From positions 1 through 64,000 of the forward strand of contig JACPVI010000070.1 in the NCBI GenBank assembly GCA_016191815.1: 64,000 nucleotides of DNA. Direction: 5' to 3'. The position numbers and the translations under genes were made by a program. The stretch is from Myxococcales bacterium (GTDB lineage: Bacteria; Myxococcota; Myxococcia; Myxococcales; Myxococcaceae). Of this stretch, positions 46,802 through 58,290 are shown piece by piece; positions within the stretch are counted from its first letter, which is position 1, and every line of letters starts with the position of its first letter. The notes beneath the pieces were generated by a model. The model was not told the origin of the DNA, searched no databases, and worked only from the letters and a program-made list of their open reading frames with translations.

Positions 46802-48496
46802 ATGAGCCGCCTCCAGACGCTGTGGGACCGGGCGCGACGGAGCCGCTGGACGGGCCCGCTCCTCGCCACCGCCTTCGGCCTCATCTGGTACTGCGCGCTG
46901 GTGGGGCCGGGCACCCTCTGGCCGCTCCACATCGACTGGCTGATGTCCGGCGACTGGTCGGCCCACCTGCTCGGCTGGCTGTTCTTCCGCATCGAGCAAT
47001 GGCAGCTCCCGCTGGGCGCGCTCTCGGGGCTGTTGCACCCCACCGGCACCTCGGTCGGTTACACCGACTCGATGCCTTGGCTGGCGGTGCTGTTCAAGCT
47101 CGCCTCGCCGGCGCTCCCGCCGGACTTCCAGTACGTCGGGCTGCACCTTGGTGCGTGCTTCGCGCTCCAGGGCTTCTTCGGCGCGCGGATCGCCGCCCTG
47201 CAGTCCGACCGACCCCTGGTGCAGGCACTTGGAGGCAGCCTGTTCGTCGCTACTCCGGTGCTCCTGGACCGGCTCGGGCACGACAGCCTCTGCGCGCACT
47301 GGATGCTGCTCGCGCTCGCGCTGTTCAACCTCCGGCCGTATGCGTCCCAAGCGGAGCGTCGCAAGACGCTGGGCTGGACGGTGGGGATGGTGGTCCTGGC
47401 GGCCGGCATTCACCCGTACCTGGCGGTGATGGCGCTGGCGCTCGCGCTCGCGCTTTTGGTCCGGCTGTCGGTGATCGACCGAGGGACGGGCTGGATGGAG
47501 GCCGCCCTGTGGACCTTCGCGCTCGGGCTCGGCGCGCTCGCCCCCTGGTACCTCTTCGGCTACATCGGCTCCGGCACCGCCCTCGGCGTTTCCGAATTCG
47601 GCCTTCGCTCTGCGGATCTGCTCACCCTCATCAACCCGGCCGGGCGCTCGCGCCTCTTCCCCGCGTTCCACACCGGGCCACTGCAGGCCGAGGGCTACGG
47701 CTACCTCGGGTCGGGCGTGGTGCTGCTCACGGTGGAGGCGCTTGCGGGGGTGGCGGCGAGATGGGGAAAGGCCGTTCCACGTGCGTGGGCTCGGGCGATT
47801 CCGCTGGCGGCCGTCTCGCTGCTCGCCGCGGGCTTTGCCCTGGCCACGCCGATAACGCTCGATGGGGAGCCGATCCTGGAGCTCGATTGGCTCTACCTCC
47901 CGCTGGAGAGCGTGGTCGCGCCGTTTCGGTCGACCGGCCGCTTCATCTGGCTGCTTCACTACCTCTGGATCACCGCGGCGGTGCTGTTGGCGATCCGGGT
48001 GTTCGGGCGGGAGCGCCTGGCGGCGGCGCTGCTCGGCCTGGTGCTGGCCACCCAGGTGGTGGAGGTCGGCCTGGCACACCAGGCTGCGGCGCTCGAGCAG
48101 CGGCCGTGGCGGCGCCCGAACCTGGCAGTGTGGGAGCCGGCGCGCGGCGGCTACCGGCACCTGGCGCTCTATCCCCCGCAGGTGTTCGGGGCGTGCGCCT
48201 GGATCGACCACGACGAGGTGATCAGGCTCTCGTACGTGGCCTACCGGCTCGGCCTCACCATCAACAGCGGCTACGTGGCTCGGGTGAAGGAGCCAGCGCG
48301 CGTGGGGTGCCTTGCCTCGACCAAGGAGCTGATGTCCGGGCTGCTCCGGCCAGACACCATCTATGTCGTGGACCCGCGGGCGGAGCACTGGTCCTGGCGC
48401 GGGGCGCGCTGCGGGGCGGTGGACGGGGTGATCGCCTGCGTCTCGCGGGCGAACCGCGATCCCTTCGCGGCACTCTTGGCGCACTCCAGAGGCTGA
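46802..48496 (+). CDS. Polytopic integral membrane protein (>=10 TM) of unknown function
   Basis: Hydrophobic helices throughout. The ORF-track N-terminal extension is rejected. Confidence 0.55.
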   Translation: MSRLQTLWDRARRSRWTGPLLATAFGLIWYCALVGPGTLWPLHIDWLMSGDWSAHLLGWLFFRIEQWQLPLGALSGLLHPTGTSVGYTDSMPWLAVLFKLASPALPPDFQYVGLHLGACFALQGFFGARIAALQSDRPLVQALGGSLFVATPVLLDRLGHDSLCAHWMLLALALFNLRPYASQAERRKTLGWTVGMVVLAAGIHPYLAVMALALALALLVRLSVIDRGTGWMEAALWTFALGLGALAPWYLFGYIGSGTALGVSEFGLRSADLLTLINPAGRSRLFPAFHTGPLQAEGYGYLGSGVVLLTVEALAGVAARWGKAVPRAWARAIPLAAVSLLAAGFALATPITLDGEPILELDWLYLPLESVVAPFRSTGRFIWLLHYLWITAAVLLAIRVFGRERLAAALLGLVLATQVVEVGLAHQAAALEQRPWRRPNLAVWEPARGGYRHLALYPPQVFGACAWIDHDEVIRLSYVAYRLGLTINSGYVARVKEPARVGCLASTKELMSGLLRPDTIYVVDPRAEHWSWRGARCGAVDGVIACVSRANRDPFAALLAHSRG

Positions 48497-48941
48497 CAGA
48501 GTTGCTCCGAACGCAGCTCGAAAGGCTCACCGCCGGCAGACGCGGGCAGGTGAGGCTTCGGTGGCCCGGCCGCTGGAAATCCAAGAGGGGGAAGCGGCCA
48601 ACCCGCAAGTTCAGCGCTCCCGGCGCGATCAGGTTGTGCAGTCCCACCACCAAGGTGTGCACCGTGGGCGAGGGAGTCATCCCCATGGTGGCCAGGGCCG
48701 ACACGTCCTCCGCGATGGAGCCGCCCAAGACGATGTCCAGGCGGCGCGGGACGAAGGTTTGAACGCGGTCGACGTTGCCGGTTGGTTTCGTCGCCGTCGC
48801 CGTCAACGCCTCCACGTTCACGTCAACGTTCACGTCGTCCCAATGACACTCGATCAAGGCGAGATTGTTTAGGTCGGTGCTTCGCCTGGTCGCCTCCCTG
48901 ATGGGGGCGCCGGCCGCTTTCTGCTACAACCGCCCCTCCGG

Positions 48942-49963
<1,022 letters not shown>

Positions 49964-49967
<4 letters not shown>

Positions 49968-51451
49968 GCACCGCCGCCGTCAAGAGCCGCGGGCGCCCGG
50001 CGGAGATCCGCCACCGGCCTTCGCGCGACTTCTTCTCCGAGCTGATGAAGGATTCGCAGTCGGGCTCGGCGGGCTTCTTGGCGGAGCGTGAGCGTTGGCT
50101 CCGCTCGGTGCAGGTGGAGGGCCGGGAGGAGCTGCTCTTCGAGTTCGAGATGATGCTCCGCGGGGTGGAGCGCTACTTCAACCTCCACAACCTGCCCATC
50201 GACGAGAAGCGCCCGGTGGTCACCCGCGACTTCCGCGAGGAGCTGAGCGACGTCCGAGACGCCATCGACTGCGCGATCCGCATCGCCCGGCAGCTTCTCG
50301 ACCCGGACAGCGACCAGAAGATGGTGTTCCGCCGCTACCTCGAGTCGCAGCTCGCCGACGACCGCGAGCGGCGGTTGCTCATCGAGGAGGAGCTGGACCA
50401 GGACTCGCCCCAGGAGAGCCTGTTCATCCTCCGGCAGTCCTTTGACTCGCTCCGGGCGGTGATCGACCACCTGCTCAGGCTTCAAGTCTGCAGCTTCAGC
50501 CTCTTCTGCGACATCGGGAACCTGGCCCTGCGCGAGGTGGTGCTCAACCGCTTCTTCCGGCCTTTCCGGCCGCTGGAGTTCCGCCTCGAGTACGACCGGA
50601 TCAAGTCGGTGCCCATCCTGGAGGCGCTCTCCGCCCTGGCGGAGGCCGACCGCCGGCCGTTCACCGTCGCCTTCCTCGCGCTCTTCAGGCTGCTCCACTA
50701 CCTCTCCTACGTGGGGGCGGAGGCCGGCGAGCCGCCCGAGCGCCGCTGCCGGGTGATCCTCGCGCTGGTGCGGAGCGAGTCGATGACGCTGGCCGGCCAC
50801 TTCAAGGTCGAGCTGGCCGCGCGCGCCGGGCAGAAGCGGCACCAGGGGGCCGCCCTCAAGGCTGCGAGGGACATCGCCCGGGAGACGGAGCGCATCCAGC
50901 GGCGGCTCTCCGAGGGGAACGACGCCTCCGGAGAGTGGATGCTCCAGGCGGCGGTCGACTTCACCACGCTCTTCCGCCGGCAAATCTGCACCCTGGCCTC
51001 GGCGCTGCAGCCCGGCCTCTCCGGAGAGGATCTCTTCCGGAAGCTGGTCAACCGGTCCGAGATGGCCCAGAGGCTCAGAGCGGACCTCTGGGTGCTGGCC
51101 GAGCTGTGCAAGGACGCCGAGGCAAATCTCCGCACGGAAAACGCCGACGCCGCCCCGGCCCTTTTCTGCCTGGCCCGCTTCATCGCCTACTTCCAGGAGG
51201 TGAGCTACCAGCTCCTCCGCTACGGCGATTACGAGGCCTTCGACCGCAGCGCCGGCCTGGTCCTCGAGATGGGAGAGCCGCCCAAGGGACCGGTCGCCCG
51301 CGCCCGGCTCGCCGAGGACCTGCGCCTGTTCTCCCAGGTGGCCGAGACCACCTTCGCCGCGGTGAACCGCCGCTCCGAGCTGGGGGGCAGGAAGTTCGAC
51401 CTCGCCGAGGCCAAGAAGCTCGCCTCCCGGTTCCGCCCCGAGCCCGCCTGA
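49964..51451 (+). CDS. Hypothetical protein (495 aa), translationally coupled to ruvB
   Basis: 4-bp overlap with ruvB. No recognisable domain. Confidence 0.5.
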
Positions 51452-51860
51452 GCGCCGCCAGCGGAGAATCCGGCTTGCTCCCCCGCGCCCGCCTGGGCTA
51501 GACACGCTGCGCCAGTCGGGGAGGCGCCCGCCAGTCGCGGCTTGCGCCCGGTGAGGGAGAAGGCAGTGCCCCAGCATTCGAGGCAGCGGTGTCGCGAGGC
51601 GGAGATCCCCGAATGCGACGCACATGCACCTATGACACGTCCGTCGCGATTTCTGGCTCGCTCCCGCTGCGGTGCTGAGGGATTTCGCACTCTTCGCCCG
51701 CCGCGGGCCCGCCGTTTTCCTGACAAGTAGACACTTTCATGGCATATGCCTTGCTCAGCAACGCGCCGCATCACTCACAAGAAGTGAACGCCGCGGACAC
51801 CAGCGACGGTCAGTTGGGAGCGGATTCCATCGGGGATTGACCAGCGGGGCGACAGCGAAA

Positions 51861-52799
51861 ATGTCCAATTCCTCCTTCAACCAGCGCACCATCGCCGAGA
51901 CGATCAGTTGTCAGGGCGTGGGGCTGCACTCCGGTGCGCAGGTCACCATGAGGCTTCTTCCGGCGCCGGCGGGGCACGGCGTGGTCTTCGTGAGGACGGA
52001 CCTGGGGCCGCCTTTGGCGATCAAGGCGCTGGCGGAGAACGTGGTGGACACCTCGCTGGCGACCACCCTGGGCAACGGGGGGGCGAAGGTCGGCACCGTC
52101 GAGCACCTGATGGCGGCGCTTTGTGGGCTGGGCATCGACAACGTGCGCGTCGAGCTGGATGGGCCGGAGGTGCCCATCATGGACGGCAGCGCCGGCCCGT
52201 TCGCCTACCTCATCCGCACCGCGGGAATCCGCGTGCAGGACGAGCCGAAGAGCTTCTTGGTGGTGAAGAAGCCGATCACCGTGAGCGACGGGGACAAGGA
52301 GGCCACCCTCCAGCCGGCCAGCCGCTTCCGCATCGACTGCACCATCGATTTCCGCCACCCGCTCATCTCGGATCAGTCCTTCGGGCTGGAGTTCTCCGAT
52401 CGGACCTTCATCCGGGAGATCTCCCGGGCGCGGACCTTCGGCTTTTTGAGGGACGTGGAGCACCTGCGCAAGATGGGGCTGGCGATCGGCGGCTCCTTGG
52501 ACAACGCGGTGGTGGTGGACGAGTTCTCCATCCTCAACCCTGACGGGCTTCGCTTCCCCGACGAGTTCGTGCGCCACAAGGTGCTGGACGCGATGGGGGA
52601 CCTGGCGCTGTTCGGCCGGCCGGTGATCGGCCACCTCAAGGTGCTCAAGAGCGGGCATGCCCTCAACCACCGGCTGGTGCAGATGGTGCTGCAGGATTCG
52701 AGCTGCCACGCGGTGGTCCACGCCCGGAGGCGAGACGTGGAGCGGCTGGACTTGCGCTTCCCGGACCTGGCCGGAGTGCTGGAGCCGAGTGCGGCCTGA
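51861..52799 (+). CDS. lpxC: UDP-3-O-acyl-N-acetylglucosamine deacetylase LpxC
   Basis: MSNSSFNQRTIAETISCQGVGLHSGAQVTMRLLPAPAGHGVVFVRTDL...HALNHRLV match the LpxC N- and C-terminal signatures. Confidence 0.9.
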   Translation: MSNSSFNQRTIAETISCQGVGLHSGAQVTMRLLPAPAGHGVVFVRTDLGPPLAIKALAENVVDTSLATTLGNGGAKVGTVEHLMAALCGLGIDNVRVELDGPEVPIMDGSAGPFAYLIRTAGIRVQDEPKSFLVVKKPITVSDGDKEATLQPASRFRIDCTIDFRHPLISDQSFGLEFSDRTFIREISRARTFGFLRDVEHLRKMGLAIGGSLDNAVVVDEFSILNPDGLRFPDEFVRHKVLDAMGDLALFGRPVIGHLKVLKSGHALNHRLVQMVLQDSSCHAVVHARRRDVERLDLRFPDLAGVLEPSAA

Positions 52800-53015
52800 G
52801 CGCTGAGCCAAAAGAAGCATAGGGCATTCAACCCGCGTTTTTGAGGGGGAGCTCGTGAGGGAGGGGCGTGGAGGAGCAGAACGGCGCCCGCGGAGTCGCG
52901 GTCGAGTTGGTCGCGATGGCCTGGTTTCCGGCCCTCGCGCACACCTCTCCCTCACCGGCGCTGGCGGCGGGGGCGAGCGCGTGGAGGACGGCGAACTGGA
53001 GGCGGCGCGTTCGCC

Positions 53016-54365
53016 TCACAACCCCAGGGGTAGCTGCGGCGGCGAGCACGCTCTGGGCAGCGGCGGCGGTCCGGCAGGCAGGCCCAGGTGCGCCAGCACG
53101 GCGTGACACGCGGCGCGCGAGGTGACGACGGCCAGCACGCGCCGCCGCCCTCCGCAGCGGCACGTCATGATGTCCACGGCCCACGTCCGATGCAGCAGCG
53201 TTGCCCAGTCGAGCCGCGGTCGCCTGGGCAGCTCCCGCTTGGGCGCGGCGCCGAGCGGGGCGTTCCCCACCCCAGGCGGCAGCGGCGGCGGGGCCGGCTT
53301 CGGCACCACCTGCGCGCGGGCCTTCGCATTCGGCGCCAGCACGCCGTGAAACCGCAGGAGGTGCTTCCTTTCCTGAGGCAGCACCGCTCCCGCTCTGCGC
53401 AAAAGCTGCAGCGGCGTCAGCACCAGCGCCGTCGCGCCCGAGCGCAGCGGCCGCTTCAGCGCGTACTCGTACCGTCCGTCATCCCGCCGGGTGAGGCGCT
53501 CCTCGCACAGCGGCCCCCGCGCCCCGTACCGCGCCAGCCGCTCGAGCCCGTCCCTGTCGCGCGCCTGCACCGCGGTGCCCGCGTGCAGCGAGAACCCGTC
53601 CACCACCGCCTGGTGGGCACGCGGCCGCCGCGGCAGAGGCTCCACGGCCAGGGCCAGCCGCTCCTGCAGCCCATACCACTGCAGCGCCTCCATCGAGTCC
53701 TCCTCCGGCCGCTCGACCTCCTGCGGCGCCAGCACGCCCGCCGCCTCGAGCCGCCGCGTCACCCGCCTCACCACCCGCTCCAGCACCTTCGTCACCTCCT
53801 CGTCCGAGGGCGGCGGCACCGCCACGAAGGCGCAGCCCGGGCCCGCGAAGACGCCGTCCGGTACCAGCACGTGGAAGTGCGGATGCGGTTGCAGCGCCCC
53901 GCTGAAGAGCTGCAGCATCGACACCGCCCCACACTCCAGCGTCCCCATCGCCCCCTGCCGCCGCGCGCGGCGCCGCTGCCAGGCGAAAGTCGCGCGGAGC
54001 AGCTCGCGCAGGCACAGCGATAGCGATGGCCCGTCGCGCAGCAGCAGCCACCGCAGCCGCCACGGGAAGGCCAGCGTCCACTGGCGAATGGGCACCTCGG
54101 GCAGCACCGCGTCCACCAGCTGCGCCGCCGCGTCGTGCGGCATCACCGCCAACGTGGCGGTGCTGGGCTTCACCGACACCGAGCGGCTGCGCGAGCGAAT
54201 CGCCGGCAGCGACGAGGCCCGCGAGCGGCTGGTGGACGCCAGCGCCCTCAAGCGCCTCACCACCCCCGAGGAGGCCGCCGACGTGGTGGCCTTCCTCTGC
54301 TCCGAGCGCGCCTCGGCCATCACCGGCGCGGTGGTGGACGTGACCGGCGGAGCCCATCTGGGCAA
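53016..54365 (-). mobile_element. IS91-family (HUH/Y2 rolling-circle, ISCR-like) transposase gene; the N-terminal zinc-binding region appears missing or degenerate
   Basis: VPIRQWTLAFPWRLRWLL; the HUH block is QPHPHFHVLVPDGVF. The C-terminal zinc-finger tail CRCGGRRRVLAVVTSRAACHAVLAHLGLP is characteristic of IS91/ISCR transposases. The first ~70 residues are low complexity. Confidence 0.65.
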
Positions 54366-54378
54366 TCTTTGGGGCTGA
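54140..54378 (+). pseudogene. 3' fragment of a short-chain dehydrogenase/reductase (FabG-like) gene, truncated at the transposase
   Basis: The frame ends ...GITANVAVLGFTDTERL...LKRLTTPEEAADVVAFLCSERASAITGAVVDVTGGAHL, which is an SDR C-terminal consensus. No N-terminal Rossmann part is present. Confidence 0.6.
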
Positions 54379-54514
54379 CGCCGCTGGAGCCTGGACAGTC
54401 CAACTGAGGCGCGCGGGCGCCAGGCGCCGGCTGCAGGCGCTTGATTTCACGCGGCGCGCCACCCTGCGCACACGCCCGCGGAGGCTGGCGCGGCAGTTGC
54501 CTTGCCCAGGGCTG

Positions 54515-56701
54515 ATGGATCCGACGACCCCTTCACCGCGGTTTCAAGCGCCCTGGCTGCTGGGCGTAGCGGCGCTGGCCCTGGCCGCCTGCCTCGTGGA
54601 GGATGGGGGCCCCGACGGGGGCAGGCGGCGGGACGACTCCGAGGGGCTCGGCGATGCGTCCACCCTGCGGAGCTCTAGCCCATACGACGCGGGCGAAGAC
54701 GCGGGAGAAGCCGCCGTCGAGGCCTGCGACGGCTGGGACAACAACGGCAATGGCCTGGTGGACGAGGGAACCGGGGGCGAACGGTGCACCACCTCGGCCG
54801 GCGAGGAGGGCACCCTCATCTGCGTCCAGGGCGGCCTCAAGTGTGTGCGCTGCAGCCCGGGCCAGCAGAAGAATGAGCCCTGCGGCTGCGGCATCGATCG
54901 GACCGACACCTGCAATGAGACGGGCCGCTGGGTGTTCGGCTCGTGCGACGGCTGCCCCGCTTCCTACACGCCGTCCGGCTGCGACAAGGTCGGCGCGTGC
55001 ACCCCGGGCGACGTCGAGTACCGGCCCTGCGACATGTGCCCCGCCGACGGCGGAGCCTGCGGCACCCGCTGCGTAGGAGCCCGCTGGATGTGTTCCAACT
55101 CCTGCGCCTGGGTGCAGGCTGCTCCCTGCGAGGTGCTGAGCCAGCCCGAGTGCACCGCCGACCAGGTGTTCGAGGAGCCCTGCGGCGCCTGCGGCAAGCG
55201 ACAAGTCGTCTGCGACGGCTGCTTCTGGACGCGCAAGCCCTGCCGCGACCAGGGCGCCTGCGTGCCGGGACGCATTCGCGACGTGCCGTGCCTGTCCGGC
55301 GCCTGCCTCCCCGGGCACGTCGCCACCTCTACCTGCACCGAGCAATGCCAGTGGGGGGCGACCTCGGCATGCCGCGGCTGCACCCTGAGCACGCCGGCAC
55401 AGGAGACCACCGAGTACTGCGTGGCCGGACACCCGCTCTGCGGCGCGAAGTTGACGCGCACCCAGTGCGTCGGCGAACCCACCGACTCGTGCGGCCCCGG
55501 CGGCGGCCCCCTCGAGGGCCAGCTCACCACCACCACCGTCAAGGACGAGTGCCCGCTGGTCGAGTGCAACCCCGGCGACGTGGTGGACCTGGGTGCCTGC
55601 CAGTGCCCCACCTACCGGCGCAGCAAGACGTGCGGCGCCGACTGCCGCTTCCAGCTCACCGAGTGCCCCACGCCGGTGTGCGTGCTGGGTCAGCTGAGGA
55701 CCGTGGCCTGCACGCAGTACGACAACGCCTCGCGCACCGAGAAGTGCGAGTCCTGCGGCTGGGCCGCCGCCGGCGGCTGCGCGGGCAACGTGAGCGGCCT
55801 TCCCTGCCAGTGCTACCCCGGCCAGGCCCAGACGCTCTTGCGGAGCTGCGGGCCGAGCAACGGCTGCATGCGGCAGCAGGTGACTCGAACCTGCGTCGAC
55901 TGCCGCTGGGAGGAAACCGTCGGCGCCTGCAACCAGCCGCCACCCTGCACCACGGCCGACAACTCGGTGACGCAGGTCTCCTGTGGCGCCAACACCTGCG
56001 GCAAGACGTTCACTCGCACCACCACCTGCGACCTCACCACCACCTGCAGCCTGCTGGTGAGCGACGACCGCTCCAGCTGTCCGCCCTGCCAGCAGGGCCA
56101 GACGCGTCAGACGTCGTGCACCACCGGCACCGGCGCCTGCGGCACGCAGACGTCGACCTGCGACGCCACCTGCTCCTGGGGCGCCCCGTCGGCCTGCCAG
56201 GCCTCGCCGAGCTCTTGTACCCCGGGCACCACCAAGACCGAATCCTGCACCACCAGCGCCTCGCTCTACTGCGGTGTGCCAGGCAGCCGGACGCTCAAGT
56301 GCGCCGCCAACGGCTGCGGCTGGAACCCGATCACCGACTGCCTGCCCACCGACCCGAGCCGCTGCAAGAAGGGCGACTCCCAGGCGGTCGGCACCTGCTC
56401 GTGCGGCACTCCCGACGTACGCACCTGCGACTCCACCTGCCAGTGGGGCCCCTCGAGCTGCTCCCCGGCCTGCACCGCGGGGACGGTGATGTCCCAGACC
56501 TGCGTGGCCACCGACACCTGCAACGCCGCCGGCCACAAGCGCGTCAAGTGCACCGGCTGCGCCTGGGTCGACGACGGGCCCTGCGTCCCCGACGACGCCA
56601 GCCGCTGCAAGCCCGGAGACACCAAGACCGTCGTCTGCCAGGACCTCGGCACCAAGACGCTGACCTGCACGGCGAGCTGCTCCTGGCCGACGTGTCAGTG
56701 A
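54515..56701 (+). CDS. Cysteine-rich repeat lipoprotein (myxobacterial MopE-like CDGxDNxxNGxxDE motif plus ~100 Cys)
   Basis: Lipobox LALAACLVE. CDGWDNNGNGLVDE is present. Repeated C..C...C..C modules run throughout. Confidence 0.65.
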   Translation: MDPTTPSPRFQAPWLLGVAALALAACLVEDGGPDGGRRRDDSEGLGDASTLRSSSPYDAGEDAGEAAVEACDGWDNNGNGLVDEGTGGERCTTSAGEEGTLICVQGGLKCVRCSPGQQKNEPCGCGIDRTDTCNETGRWVFGSCDGCPASYTPSGCDKVGACTPGDVEYRPCDMCPADGGACGTRCVGARWMCSNSCAWVQAAPCEVLSQPECTADQVFEEPCGACGKRQVVCDGCFWTRKPCRDQGACVPGRIRDVPCLSGACLPGHVATSTCTEQCQWGATSACRGCTLSTPAQETTEYCVAGHPLCGAKLTRTQCVGEPTDSCGPGGGPLEGQLTTTTVKDECPLVECNPGDVVDLGACQCPTYRRSKTCGADCRFQLTECPTPVCVLGQLRTVACTQYDNASRTEKCESCGWAAAGGCAGNVSGLPCQCYPGQAQTLLRSCGPSNGCMRQQVTRTCVDCRWEETVGACNQPPPCTTADNSVTQVSCGANTCGKTFTRTTTCDLTTTCSLLVSDDRSSCPPCQQGQTRQTSCTTGTGACGTQTSTCDATCSWGAPSACQASPSSCTPGTTKTESCTTSASLYCGVPGSRTLKCAANGCGWNPITDCLPTDPSRCKKGDSQAVGTCSCGTPDVRTCDSTCQWGPSSCSPACTAGTVMSQTCVATDTCNAAGHKRVKCTGCAWVDDGPCVPDDASRCKPGDTKTVVCQDLGTKTLTCTASCSWPTCQ

Positions 56702-56709
56702 GGCACACG

Positions 56710-58290
56710 ATGAAGACCAGCGCCTCGGCCCTGCTGCTGCTCGCCCTCGGGTGCACCCAGGTGGAGCTCTACAAGCCGGTGGACGACGATCCCCCCATTC
56801 CGCGGGAGCGCCTCTACGCCCGCGTCTGCGGCCCGGCCGAGCGCACCCTGCCCACGCCTTACAAGATTCTCTTCGTCGTCGACACCTCGGCCTCCAACCT
56901 CATCAACGAGACTGACCCGCCGATGTACAACGGCCTCATCGACCTGGTGAACGGCGTCACCCGTCGCGAGACTTCGGTGCGCAGCGCCATCAGCGCCCAC
57001 CAGGCGAAGCCGGACGTGAGCTTCGGCATCATCACCTTCAACGACTTTCCTCAGGTGCAGACGTTCGGCTTCACGCGCGACTTGAAGGCGCTCGACGCCG
57101 CGGTCCGGAACATCGGCGCCGCCACCGGCTGGACCAACTACTCCGACACCCTCATCCGCGCCGGAGAAGTCATCACCGGCGACCTCGGGCGAGTAGACGC
57201 CTCCGAGGCCCTGCGAACGCACTACCTGGTGTTCTGGATCAGCGATGGCTACCCGACCCGCGGCATCACTCACCAGGACCCCGAGGTGCTCTCCAAGGCG
57301 CTGGGCGACTTCGTCAAGGGCATCAAGGAGGGCGCGGCGGGGCGCGCGGCCGAGGTGCGCTTCAACACCGCCTTCCTCGGCGGCGGCAAGCCGATGGGCG
57401 AGGAAGACCCGCTGGCCTGGGCGCAGGAGGCCGAGAACGCCCGGCGCCTCTTGGCGAGCATGGCCGAAGTCGGAGGAGGCTCCTTCACCAACATCGCCGC
57501 CGGCGAGCCGATCGCCTTCGACATCAACCCCGCGCCGGTGCTGCGGCGCTTCCGACTGTCCACGGTGGTGGTGGCCAACCGCAGCGTGGTGTTCGGAGAC
57601 GTGCGGCCGCGGCCCGACACCGATCAGGACGGGCTGGGGGACCTCGAGGACCCCGACCCGCGCAACGCCGACACCGACGGCGACGGGTTGCGCGACGGCG
57701 TCGAGGCGCAGTTCCCCGGAGGCGATCCGCTGGCGAAGGAGGTGCCCGGAGGGTGCGCCTCGGCGGGGCTCGACTCCGACGGCGACGCGCTGTGGGACTG
57801 CGAGGAGGCCTTCATCGGGACGGACCCGAACAACCCCGACACCGACGGCGACCTGCTGCTCGACTCGCTCGAGGTCCGGGCCCGGGCGTCTCCGTTGAAC
57901 GCCGCCAACCTCGACCTCGACGGGGACGGCCTGGGCGAGCAGGCCGAGGTGCTGGCGCAGCTCAACGCGCGCGAGCCCAACCCGCCGGACGTGGTGAAGC
58001 GCTGGGCGCGCAAGTGGCTCGTCTCACCCGACGGGGCCGCGGCCGGCGGCAGCCTGTGCTACCAGGTGGAGGTGGCGAACCTGTACATGCTGGAGACGCT
58101 GGCCGCCGCAGGCGAGCCCGCGGGCAGCAACACCCTCGAAGTCGTCGCGGCGTTCGAGCCGGACGACGGCGGCAAGCCCATCTTCCATTTCCGGGCCACC
58201 GCCGGCGGCGTGTTCCGCGGACCGAACTACGTCGAGCCCGCCTCGCGGATGTTCGAGCTGGACTCGTCCGCTTTCGGAGGCCTGCGATGA
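56710..58290 (+). CDS. Lipoprotein with a VWA domain (MIDAS DxSxS) and thrombospondin-type-3-like Ca-binding DxDxDG repeats
   Basis: Lipobox LLLALGCTQ. ILFVVDTSASN. DTDQDGLGDLEDPDPRNADTDGDGLRDGVE...DSDGDALWD...NPDTDGDLLLD. Confidence 0.7.
   Translation: MKTSASALLLLALGCTQVELYKPVDDDPPIPRERLYARVCGPAERTLPTPYKILFVVDTSASNLINETDPPMYNGLIDLVNGVTRRETSVRSAISAHQAKPDVSFGIITFNDFPQVQTFGFTRDLKALDAAVRNIGAATGWTNYSDTLIRAGEVITGDLGRVDASEALRTHYLVFWISDGYPTRGITHQDPEVLSKALGDFVKGIKEGAAGRAAEVRFNTAFLGGGKPMGEEDPLAWAQEAENARRLLASMAEVGGGSFTNIAAGEPIAFDINPAPVLRRFRLSTVVVANRSVVFGDVRPRPDTDQDGLGDLEDPDPRNADTDGDGLRDGVEAQFPGGDPLAKEVPGGCASAGLDSDGDALWDCEEAFIGTDPNNPDTDGDLLLDSLEVRARASPLNAANLDLDGDGLGEQAEVLAQLNAREPNPPDVVKRWARKWLVSPDGAAAGGSLCYQVEVANLYMLETLAAAGEPAGSNTLEVVAAFEPDDGGKPIFHFRATAGGVFRGPNYVEPASRMFELDSSAFGGLR

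Noticed and set aside
51452-51860. Small RNA or leader in the 409-bp lpxC upstream region
   Set aside because: No recognisable riboswitch/sRNA structure or terminator-like hairpin could be identified by eye. It is left as an unusually long 5' intergenic region.
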